A stretch of DNA of 64,000 bases, from positions 74,216,001 to 74,280,000 of the forward strand of contig NC_087437.1 of assembly GCF_036321535.1 (NCBI RefSeq). The letters run 5' to 3'. The DNA is from Camelus dromedarius (taxonomy: Eukaryota). The notes beneath the pieces were generated by a model that saw nothing but the letters and a program-made list of their open reading frames with translations, was not told the origin of the DNA and did no database searches. Positions 40,266-50,737 of this stretch are shown here, one piece after another. Numbering within the stretch: position 1 is the first letter of the stretch; each line of letters starts with the position of its first letter. Both the position numbers and the translations under genes were made by a program.

Positions 40266-40989
40266 ACAATATAGTTAGTACTTAACAATTCTTTCCTTTT
40301 CAAGTGACAAAATACCACATTCAAAATAGTAAAAGGAAAAAGGAAACTAAAAATGAGTGGCAAATGTGATTTACATCACAAATGAAAACCTAAGCTCAAA
40401 CAGTATCTTTGAGACTTGATCAAGCCTTCTCCTTATCTCAGACCTGTTTCATTCTTTTTTGGCTCCATCCTCAAGCAAACTCTCCTCTTTATTTGGAAGG
40501 GGCTGAAATTCTATCCTCTCAAAACACTCATCAGAGAGGAGAGACAGAGGTGTGTTTGGGGGGGGGCTTTTATTACCCAATAGTTTCAAGGAAATATTCA
40601 ATCACATGCTCACATATTAATCGAATGCTATTGCCTTGTAATCAGTGAGTTTGAGTCACTGAGTCTTGGTCACCTGCTCATGCAGAGTTGAATCAAAGAG
40701 CACACTTGAAAATGCGCACACCAAATACCCAGGATGGAAAAGTATTCACGCATTTGACTGTGTCCTTCAATTCTGAATCAAGATCTCTTGATGACTACAA
40801 ACTTTCTCCATAAATAAAGGAATATGTAAATTATCATTTAGTTCTAATCTTGCAAAAATGTGCCCATCACTCTTCATCCTTGCTGCATATGTAGCTCATT
40901 CGCTGCTAGTCTGATGCCATTGCACCTGTTCTAGTCTGCCCATTGCCTCACAAAATAATCATTCAATGAATCAGTTAAAAGAAAAATTC

Positions 40990-41210
40990 TTTGAAATTTG
41001 CAAATGTTAACCACTATATAAAAAGACAGATAAAAAACAGATTTCTTCTGTATAGCACAGGGAACTATATTCAGTATCTTGTAATAACCCTTAATGAAAA
41101 AGAGTATGAAAATGAATATATGTACATATATGCATGACTGGGACATTATGTTGTACACCAGAAATTGACACATTGTAACTGACTATAATAAAAAAATGTT
41201 TTTAAATAAA
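40990..41210 (+). mobile_element. Young L1 3' end, severely 5'-truncated (camelid-like)
   Basis: 'gaaatttgcaaatgttaaccactatata...ctgtatagcacagggaactatattc...catgactgggacattatgttgtacaccagaaattgacacattgtaactgactataataaaaaaa'. Weak flanking similarity agttaaaagaaaaatt / agttaaagaaacaatt. Confidence 0.9.
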
Positions 41211-42197
41211 AGTTAAAGAAACAATTGGAAAGGAATGGATAGAAGAAAGAAAAGAGAAAAACTCTTGGGTTATAGACTTTCAGTGATAAACAGAGGAAAA
41301 AGTGTTCAAGCAATTCTCACTCCTGTAAACACAGATATCATGAGCTAATTCATTATCAGTAAGTTGATAGCTTCATTAGAATTTAAGCAAAATATGATAG
41401 CAATTATCCTTTTAAATTTTACATCATATATTGATTATTTTTTGATTTCTAATATTGTCACCTGATAAAGGATAGCTTTTTTCACCATATTAATTGTGTA
41501 TTCAATTTTTTAATATCCTCAGCAGTTATCTGACTTGTGACAATGTTTTCCCCGCAAGAGTATTTGGAATTATGTTTTTGTGTTTTTGGTCTATTCTCTG
41601 CCTTTCATGTGCAATAATTAATTCCCTTTGTTCTTGGAAAACTTGAGGTTTTACCAAAGAGATCAATCTGCTATATTTAAAAAGACATGCCACTAATTGG
41701 CAACATTTTATTTAAAAAATATATTGATGAGCAAGAGCAAAAAGATTATAAGCCCATTAAATTTCAGTTTTCAGTCATTCATGAAGTTTTCCTATGTTTA
41801 CTTTTCTTTCACTTAATGCTTATAGATTTTTTTTATCTCAGCACATAAAAATGAGTATTTTGTACTTAACACTGGAACACTATTATATTTTATAATATTA
41901 TTTCAAGTAGTAATATTTATATAGCCATTTTCATCAAGAGGGCAGTTCATAAGTAAACTAACACAATTAGGCTCCTACAAAAGTGACTATTCCAGTCTAA
42001 ATTGACAGTATAAATGTAACCAAGTTTTTTCAATGGGGCACTGACACACTGACCACTAGGAATACTTGGTGTAAATTACTATTCAGGAAATGTATACACT
42101 TAGAAGGTGCAGAATGCATGATTCCCTCTTTCTCTTGTCATCTCAGTGGAAGTGCCTCCTGGGTCAAGCTTAGCTTGATGAACCAGAGAAAGTAACT

Positions 42198-43356
42198 GGG
42201 GAGCTGTGACCAAGATTTTGGGGTAGGAAGACCCTGAGATTGTGTTCTCCCACAGGCACACCAAATTATAACTATTTAAAGAACAACTATCTCCAAGAAG
42301 CACTTGAAGACTGGCAGAAAGATTTTCTACAACTATAGATATTTTTTAAAAAATAACAAGATGGGAGGAGGGGCAAAGACAACCCAGGGTAGGCAATCCA
42401 CAAATGGGAGAATAATCACAACTGCAGAGGTTCCTGCAAAGAGAGAATGGTCCAAGCCCCACATCAGGCTCACCAGCCCAGGAGTCCTACAGCAGGGAGA
42501 CAAGCCTCCAGAATATCTGGTTTGAAGGCCAATGTGCAGGACTTGCATAAAGCAGAGACAAGAGGGCTGTAGAAAGCAGAGACTCTGCTCTTAAAGGGCA
42601 TACACAAAATCTCACATACTCTGAGACCAGACACAGAGGCAGTAATTTATAAAGAGTCTGCGTCAGATCCATTTGCTAATCTTAGCCTTCCAAAAAGGCA
42701 GGAGGCAACTGAGACTCTGTCTGGAGACAAAGACACTGGCAGAGCCATTTTAAGGACATTATTCTATCACAAGGAAACTGGTGCTGGCAAGAGATAATTT
42801 GAAGCCCTCCCATAGCCTACTAGTGCTGAGGGCTTACCCATCAACCAGCAGGCCAGCACCACACCCAGGAATCCACAGGTCACGCAGCCAGCAGTGCAGA
42901 GTCCCAGTCCCCTACTGCAAGGGAATAACAGTCCCTGCAGGAGGCAGGACCTGGCAGCCAACCAGGCTGAGGGTCAGCTCCACTTAGTATCGCACTCCCA
43001 GTAGTCAGTCCTATCGCAACAAAAGATCCCATGCAGCCTACACAGAGGGCACCCCTGAGCATTTAGTTGTGGTGATCAGAGAACAGTACACTGCTGGGAC
43101 CCACAGGACATCTCCTATATAAGGCCACTCCTGAAAGATCAGAAAACATAATTGACTGCCCTAATACATAAAGGTAAAACAAAGGGGTTTGTGCAAAATA
43201 GGGAGACAAAGGAATATGTTCCAAATGAAGGAACAAGACAACCTCAAAAAAGAACTCAAGTGGAGATGAGCAATACAGCCATTCAGAATTCAAAGTAATT
43301 AATAATCATAGCCAAACATGAATAATACAATAGCTTAAATTAAAATTACACTAGAA
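42198..43356 (+). mobile_element. Host L1: 5' UTR and start of ORF1
   Basis: 'caagattttggggtaggaagaccctgag...ctcccacaggcacaccaaattataactatt...gaagactggcagaaaga' resembles an L1 5' end. ORF1-like sequence starts near 43200 ('ggaatatgttccaaatgaaggaacaagac'). Confidence 0.8.
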
Positions 43357-46228
43357 TTACAACAAATAACACAGAAATACAGAATATCATATGAGAATAT
43401 TATGAAAAACTATATGGAACCAAAATGGATAACCTAGAGGAGATGGACAAGTTTCTGGAAACATACAGTCCACCAAGACTGAACCAAGGAGAAACTGACC
43501 ACTTGAACAAACATATCACTAGAAATGAAATCGAAATAGCAATAAAAAACCTCCCTACAAATTAAAGTCCAGGACCAGATGGCTTCACCGGGGAATTCTA
43601 CCAAACATACAAAGAAGAACTCACACCATTCCTTCTCAAACTATTCCAGAAGATTGAAAAGGAGGGAATACCCCCAAACTCATTTTTGAAGCCACCATCA
43701 CCCTGATACCAAAACCAGGCAAAGACACCACCAAAATAGAGAATTACAGACCAATATCACTGATGAACATAAATGCAAAAATCCTCACCAAAATATTAGC
43801 AAATAGAATCCAACAACACATAAAAAAGATTATACATCATGACCAAGTGGGGTTCATCCCAGGGACACAAGGCTGGTTCAACATACGCAAATCAATCAGT
43901 GTAATACATCACATCAACAAGAGAAAGGACAAAAACCACATGATCATCTCAATAGATGCAGAAAAAGCATTTGATAAAATTCAACACCTATTTATGATAA
44001 AAACTCTCACCAAAGTGGGTATAGAGGGAACATATCTCAACATAATAAAAGCTATATATGACAAACCTATAGCCAGCATAGTACTCAACGGTGAAAAACT
44101 CAAAAGCTTCCCACTAAAATATGGGACAAGACAAGGATGCCCACTATCATCACTCCTAATCAACATAGTCTTGGAAGTCCTAGCCACAGCAATTAGGCAA
44201 GAGAGAGAATTAAAAGGGATCCAAATTGGAAAACAATAGGTAAAAGTGTCACTGTATGCTGACAACATGTTACTATATATAGAAAATCCTAAAAGGTCCA
44301 CACAAAAACTATTAGAAATAATTGAAGAATTCAGCAAGGTAGCAGGTTACAAGATAAATGTTCAAAAATCAGTTGCATTTCTTTACACTAACGATGAATC
44401 AACAGAAAAAGAAAGTAAGGAAACAATCCCCTTTAAAATAGCACCCAAAGTAATAAAATACCTAGGAATAAATCTAACTAAGGAGGTGAAAGGAGGTGAA
44501 AGACATATACGGAAAACTATAAAACACTGATTAAGGAAATTAATGAAGACTTAAAAAAATGGAAAGATATCCCATGCTCTCGGACTAGAAGAATCAATAT
44601 TGTTAAAATGGTCACACTGCCCAAGGCAATCTACAGATTTAATGCAATCCCTATCAACTTACCCAGGACATATTTCACAGAACTAGAACAAATCATAATA
44701 AAATTTACTTTTAAAGAGGCTGGAGGAATAACTCTCCCAGACTTCAGACAATACTATAGAGCCACAGTCATTAAGACAGCATGGTATATAAGCAGACATA
44801 TAAACCAATACAACAGAATAGAGAGCCCAGAAATGAGCCCACACACTTGTGGTCAACTAATCTTCGACAAAGGAGGCAAGAATATACAATGGAATAAAGA
44901 CAGTCTCTTCAGTAAATGGTGTTGGGAAGACTGGACAGCAGCATGTAAAACAATGAAGCTAGTATACTCCCTTACACCATACACAAAAATAAGCTCAAAA
45001 TGGATCAAAGACTTTAACATAAAACAAGGTACAATAAACCTCCTAGAAGAAAATACAGGCAAAACATTATCTGACATACATCTCAAAAATGTTCTCCTAG
45101 GGCAGTCTACCGAAGCAATAGAAATAAAAGCAAGAATAAACAAATGGGACCTAATGAAACTTACAAGCTTCTGCACAGCAAAGGAAACCATAAGTAAAAC
45201 AAAAAGACAACCTATGGAATGGGAGACAATTTTTGCAAATGAAACCGAAAAAGGCTTGATCTCCAGAATATATAAGCAGCTCATGTGACTTAATAAGAAA
45301 AAAACAAACAACCCAATCCAAAAATGGGCAGATGACCTAAACAAGCAATTCTCCAAGGAAGAAATACAAAAGATCAATAGGCACATGAAAAAAATGCTCA
45401 TTATCACTAATTATCAGAGAAATGCAAATCAAAACTACAATGAGGTATCACCTCACACCAGTCAGAATGGCCATCATTCAAAAATCCACAAATGACAAAC
45501 ACTGGAGAGGCTGTGGAGAAAAGGGAACCCTCCTACACTGCTGGTGGGAATGCAGTTTGGTACAGCCACTGTGGAAAACAGTATGGAGATTCCTCAAAAG
45601 ACTAGGAACAGACTTACCAGATGACCCAGGAATCCCACTCCTGGGCATATATCCAGAAGGAACCCTACTTCAAAATGACACCTGCACCCCAATGTTCATA
45701 GCAGCACTACTTACAATAGCCAAGACATGGAAACAGCCTAAATGTCCATCAACAGATGACTGGATAAAAAATAAGTGGTATATTTATACAATGGACTACT
45801 ATTCAGCCATAAAAACCAACAACATAACGCCATTTGCAGCAACATGGATGTCCCTGGAGAATGTCATTCTAAGTGAAGTAAGCCAGAAAGAGAAAGAAAA
45901 ATACCATATGAGATTGCTCATATGCGGAATCTAAAAAAAACAACAAATACAAAAGAGAAACAGACTCATAGACATAGAATACAAACTTGTGGTTGCCAAG
46001 GGGGCAGAGGGTGGGAAGGGACAGACTGGTATTTCAAAATGCAGGATAAATAAACAAGATTATACTGTACAGCACAGGGAAATATATACAAGATCTTGTG
46101 GTAGCTCACAGCGAAAAAAATGTGACAACGAGTATATGTACGTTCATGTATAACTGAAAAATTGTGCTCTACGCTGGAATTTGACACAACATTGTAAAAT
46201 GACTGTAACTCAATAAAAAAAAGTTTTA
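43357..46228 (+). mobile_element. Younger 5'-truncated L1 (ORF2 RT and C-terminus plus 3' UTR), inactivated
   Basis: ORF track gives clear ORF2p peptides ([62 protein letters not shown]). AATAAA and A tail at 46212-46222. TSD aaaattacaYtagaa at 43342-43356 and 46229-46243. Several stops and frameshifts. Confidence 0.97.
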
Positions 46229-47143
46229 AAAATTACATTAGAAGGAACCAACAGTAGATTAGATGATAAGTAGGAACAGATCAGCGAATTGGAAGACAGA
46301 GTAGTGGGAATAACCCAAGTTGAACAGAGAAAAGAAAAAGAAATATTAGTGAGGACAATTTAAGAGACCTCTGAAACAACATCACGTGTACTAACATTTT
46401 CATTATAGGGGTCTCAGAGAGAGAGAAAAAGGCAGAGAACTTATTTGAAGAAATAATAGCTGTAAACTTCCCTAACCTGGGAAAGGAAGGACAAGGTCCC
46501 AGAACTACATAGAGTTCCAAACAAGGTGAACCCAAACAGGTCAACAGCAAGGCACGTTATAATTAAAACGACAAGAATTAAAGATAAAGAGAATCTTAAA
46601 GGCAACAAGAGAAAAGTAATGAGTATATACTAGAAAACTTCCATAAGACAGTGAACTGATTTTTCAGTAGAAGCTTTGCAGGTCAGAAGGGAGTGGCAGG
46701 ATATAAAGTAATAAAAGACAAAAACCTAAACCAAGTATACTCAACTAGCAAAGCTATCATTCAGATTTGAAGGAACAATAGAGTTTTATAGACAAGAAAA
46801 TCTAAAATAGTTTAGCACCTCTAAACCACCTTTACAAAAATTCTTAAAGCAACTTTTCTAAGGAGAAAAAAAATACAACTAGAAACATAAAAATTATTAA
46901 ACGAAAAATCTCATTGGTAAAACAAACATATAGTAAAAGTAGTAGAAAAACCATTTATACAATGAGTAGAAAGATCAAAAGACAAAATTAGTGAAATCAT
47001 CTACATCCACAATAAGTAGTTAAAAGATACACAAAACAAAAAATGTAAAATATGATGTCAAGAATTTTAAATGTTGGGGGATAAAAATGCAGGATTGTTA
47101 AAATGTAATAGAACTTAAGAGATTATCAACATAAGATAATCAG
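46229..47143 (+). mobile_element. Host L1 continued: rest of ORF1 and inter-ORF region
   Basis: Translates to degenerate ORF1p (LEGTNSRL...EQISELEDRVVGITQVEQRKEK; ENLFEEIIAVNFPNLGKE). Confidence 0.88.
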
Positions 47144-48795
47144 TACAAAGAAACAAAGATATTCTGTGTTCATGGGTTGGAAGAATTTATATTTTTTAAA
47201 TGTCCATACTACTCAAAACAATCTACAGATTTAATGCAAACCCTGTCAAAACACCAATGGCATTTTTTCATAGAACTAGAACAAAGAATCCTAAAATTTA
47301 GAACCATAAAAGAAGTCAAATAGCCAAAGCAATCTTAAGGAAAAAAACAAAAACAAAAACAAAAACAAAAACTAGAGGTAGCACACTCCCTGCCCTCAGA
47401 CTATACTACAAAGGATAGCCATCAAAACAGTGTGATACTGACACAAAAATAGACACAGAATAATGGAACATAACAGGGAGCACAGAGATAAACCCACACA
47501 TATGCAGTCAATTATTCTATGACAAGGGAGTTAAGAGTATACAATAGGGACAATCTCTTCAATAAATGGGGCAGAGAAAACTGGCCAACTATACGTAAAA
47601 AAATGAAATTAGAATATGTTCTCACACCATATACAAAAATAACTCAAAATGGATTAAAGACCTAATCTTGTAGAAAAGAAACCATAAAACTCCTATAAGA
47701 AAACATAGGCAATACACTCTTTCACACAGTCTTAGCAATATTTTTTTAGATCTGTCTCCTCAGGTAAAGGAAACAAAAGTGAAAATTAACAAATGGATAA
47801 AGAAGATGTGGTATATATATGCAATGGAATATTACTCATCTATTAAAAACAATGATTTTTTTAAAAGAAACATGTCTTTACATGCAGACTGAAAGGAATA
47901 AACTTTATTCACTGTTTGAAAGCTATGCTTTCCACAACTTCATTCTAGCCTTATATATACTAGTACTACAATTCATTGAATGCAGGACTCACAGAGTATA
48001 ACTTCTTATCACTATAGGAACACTTGTTTCCAGTTTCTTTCTTGCAGTACCTAAGAAGCATAACGTAGGATCGAGCCTTCACATGCCAATGGTAAAGAAG
48101 ATCCACTTATTTCGTGATTTGAAAGCCAGGCTCTTTGCCCCTTCAAAGTAGCCTTATAAGCACTAGTTCCACATGTCTGTTATACAATTTACTACATGTA
48201 GTAGTCCCTGAGGATAACTTCCTTTCACTGAAAGAACACTGTTTAAATGTTCTGTAAGGTAGTTTGTGAGAAACATCTATTTACATAATGTAGAATCAAG
48301 CCTTTGCATGTAGATGGCAAAGAAGGTACCCTTCCTTCCCTGTTTGAAAGCTAGGCTTCTTGCAGCTTCAATTAGCCTCACTTGAGCTACAGATCTGATA
48401 AAAATAATAAAATTTTGCCATTTGCAACAACACGGATGGACCTGGAGGGTATTATGCTTAGGGAAATAAGTCAGAGAAAGACAAATACTATATGTTTTCA
48501 CTTACATGTGGAATCTAAAAAGTAAAACAAATTAACGAATATTAGAAACAGAAACAGACTCACATATATACAGAACATGAGGAAAGGCATGGGTGAAGGG
48601 CAAAATAAGGGTAGGGGATTAAGAGGTACAAAATGCTATGTATAAAATGTACTATACTAGGATATACTGTACAGAACAGGGAATATAGCCAATATTTTAT
48701 AATAATTTTAAATGTAATATAATCTTCAAAAATATGAATCTTTATATTGTACACCTGAAACCAATATATTTTGATAAATCAGCTATGTTTTAATT
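47144..48795 (+). mobile_element. Second nested L1 (ORF2 3' part and 3' UTR), interrupted by a non-L1 insert
   Basis: Abrupt switch from inter-ORF sequence to 'gatattctgtgttcatgggttggaagaa...atctacagatttaatgcaaaccctgtcaaaacaccaatggca'. The L1 3' region resumes at 48399 ('aattttgccatttgcaacaacacggatggacctggaggg'). No clear TSD. Confidence 0.8.
47856..48398 (-). pseudogene. Non-L1 retroposed insert of unknown origin with internal degenerate ~200-225 bp repeats
   Basis: Interrupts contiguous L1 sequence. T7 at 47856-47862, TTTATT at 47904-47909, and imperfect flanking duplication taaaaacaatga (47844-47855) / taaaaataataa (48399-48410). Confidence 0.65.
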
Positions 48796-50014
48796 TGTAT
48801 ATGTAAATGGACTAAATGTTCTAGTCGACAGGCATAAAGTGGCTGAATGGATAAAAACCAAGATCAATATATATGCTGCCTACAAGAGACTCACTTCAGA
48901 TCTACAGACACACACAAATTGAAAGTAAGGGGATAGAAACAGTTTCTCCTTGCAAATAAGACAAAAAGAAAGCTGGGGTAACAATATTTGTATTAGATAA
49001 AACACTTTAAAACAGACTGTAACAAGAGAAAAAAATCACATAATGTTAAAAGGATTGCTCTAGCAAAAAGATACAACAATTGTAAATATATATGTATCTT
49101 AAATAGCAGCACCTAAATACATAAATCAAATATTAACAAATATAAAGGGAAAAATGGAAAGTAACACAATACAGTAGGGGACTTTTAACTTCCTACTTAT
49201 ACAAAAGGATAGATAATACAGACAGAAAACCCAAAAGAAAACACTGGATTTAAATAACACATTAAACCAGATAGAATATATACAACGTATATTTATGTGT
49301 GTGTGTATATATATATATATAACACTGCTCCAAACATCAGCAGAATACACATTCTTTTCAAGTGCACATGGAATATTGTTCAGAATAAACCACATGCTGA
49401 ACAAAAAAAAAGTCTCAATAGACTTAGAAGATTAAAATCCTAACAAGCATCTTTCCTAACCACAAAAGTATGAGACTAAAATTCAACTACAAGAAAAAAA
49501 TGCAAACAAAAACACCTAGAGGATAAAAATATGTTACTAAACAACCAATGACTCAACAAAGAAATTAAGGAAGAAACTTAAAAGTACCCAGATAAATGAA
49601 AATGGAAATACAACAATCCAAATTTATGACATATAGCAAATGCAATCCTAGGAGAGAAGTTTATGGTGACACAAGCTTACCTCAGGAAACAAAAAAAAAA
49701 AAACTCAAGTAACTAACCTAACTTTACACTTAAAGACCAGAAAAGAATAAATAAAGCCCAAGGTTAGTAGAAGAAAAGAAATAAAGATCAGAGTGAAAAT
49801 AAATAAAATATAGATTTAAAAATAGGAAAGATTAAGAAAATTATGCTGGTTCTTGAAGAGATAAACAAAATTGTCAAACCATTAGCCAGAGTCATCAAGA
49901 AAAAAGATAAGGTCCAAATTAAAAAATCAGAAATGAAAGAGAAGTTACAATTGACACCACAGAAATACAAAGGATCATAAGATATTACTATAGACAATTA
50001 TACACCAATAAATG
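48796..50014 (+). mobile_element. Host L1 continued: ORF2 endonuclease and linker
   Basis: 'gtaaatggactaaatg...gtggctgaatggataaaaac...atgctgcctacaagagactcacttcaga' corresponds to VNGLN...VAEWIK...ICCLQETHFR. Confidence 0.9.
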
Positions 50015-50737
50015 GGCTTGGTGCAGCCATTATGGAAAACAGTATGCAGATTCCTTAAAGAACTGAAAATGGACGTACCCTATGATCCAGCAATCACACT
50101 CCTGGGCATATATCTGGAGGAAACTCTAATTCAAAAAGGTACATGAAACCAATGTTCATAGCAGCACTATTTACAAAGCCCAAGACATGAAAGCAACCTA
50201 AATATCCATCAACAGATGACTGAATAAATAAGTTGTGGTAGATAGATACACAGATAGATAGATAAAGATATAGATATATAATGGAATACTACTCAGCCAC
50301 AATAAAGAATAAAGTAATGCCATTTCCAGCAACATGGATAGACCTGGAGATGGTCATACTAAGTGAAATAAGCCAGCAAAAGAAAGAAAAGTTCCATATG
50401 ACATCACTTATATGTGAAATCCAAAAAAAAAAAAGAACACAAATGAAATTATTTACAAAACAGAGAGAGACTCACAGCCATAGAAAACAAATTTATGGTT
50501 ACCATGGGGAAAAGGGGATGGGGAGGAGTAAATTGGGACTTAGGGTTTGTAAATATTAACTACTATATATAAAATGGGTACAAGATCCCACTGTGTAGTG
50601 CATGGAAATAGTTAATACCTTGTAATTGCCTATAATAAAAAAGAATATAAAAAGGAATTTATATACTTACAAATGAATCAGTACGCTAGAAATTAACACA
50701 GCATTGTAAACTGCTGTGTTAAATTGTAAAAAAAAAA
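50015..50737 (+). mobile_element. Third nested L1: 5'-truncated 3' end
   Basis: L1 C-terminus and 3' UTR with an A tail at 50728-50738. 21 bp TSD acaattatacaccaatWaatg at 49994-50014 and 50738-50758. Confidence 0.92.

Noticed and set aside
44853..45407. 184 aa hydrophobic antisense ORF (also 43981-44337)
   Set aside because: It is the reverse frame of A-rich L1 ORF2. Such ORFs are a common by-product and there is no independent evidence of coding.
43763..45934. Longest plus-strand ORFs in the window (158, 226 and 170 aa) as a cellular gene or an active reverse transcriptase
   Set aside because: They are consecutive broken pieces of L1 ORF2 with stops, frameshifts, YADN in place of YADD, and no endonuclease domain.
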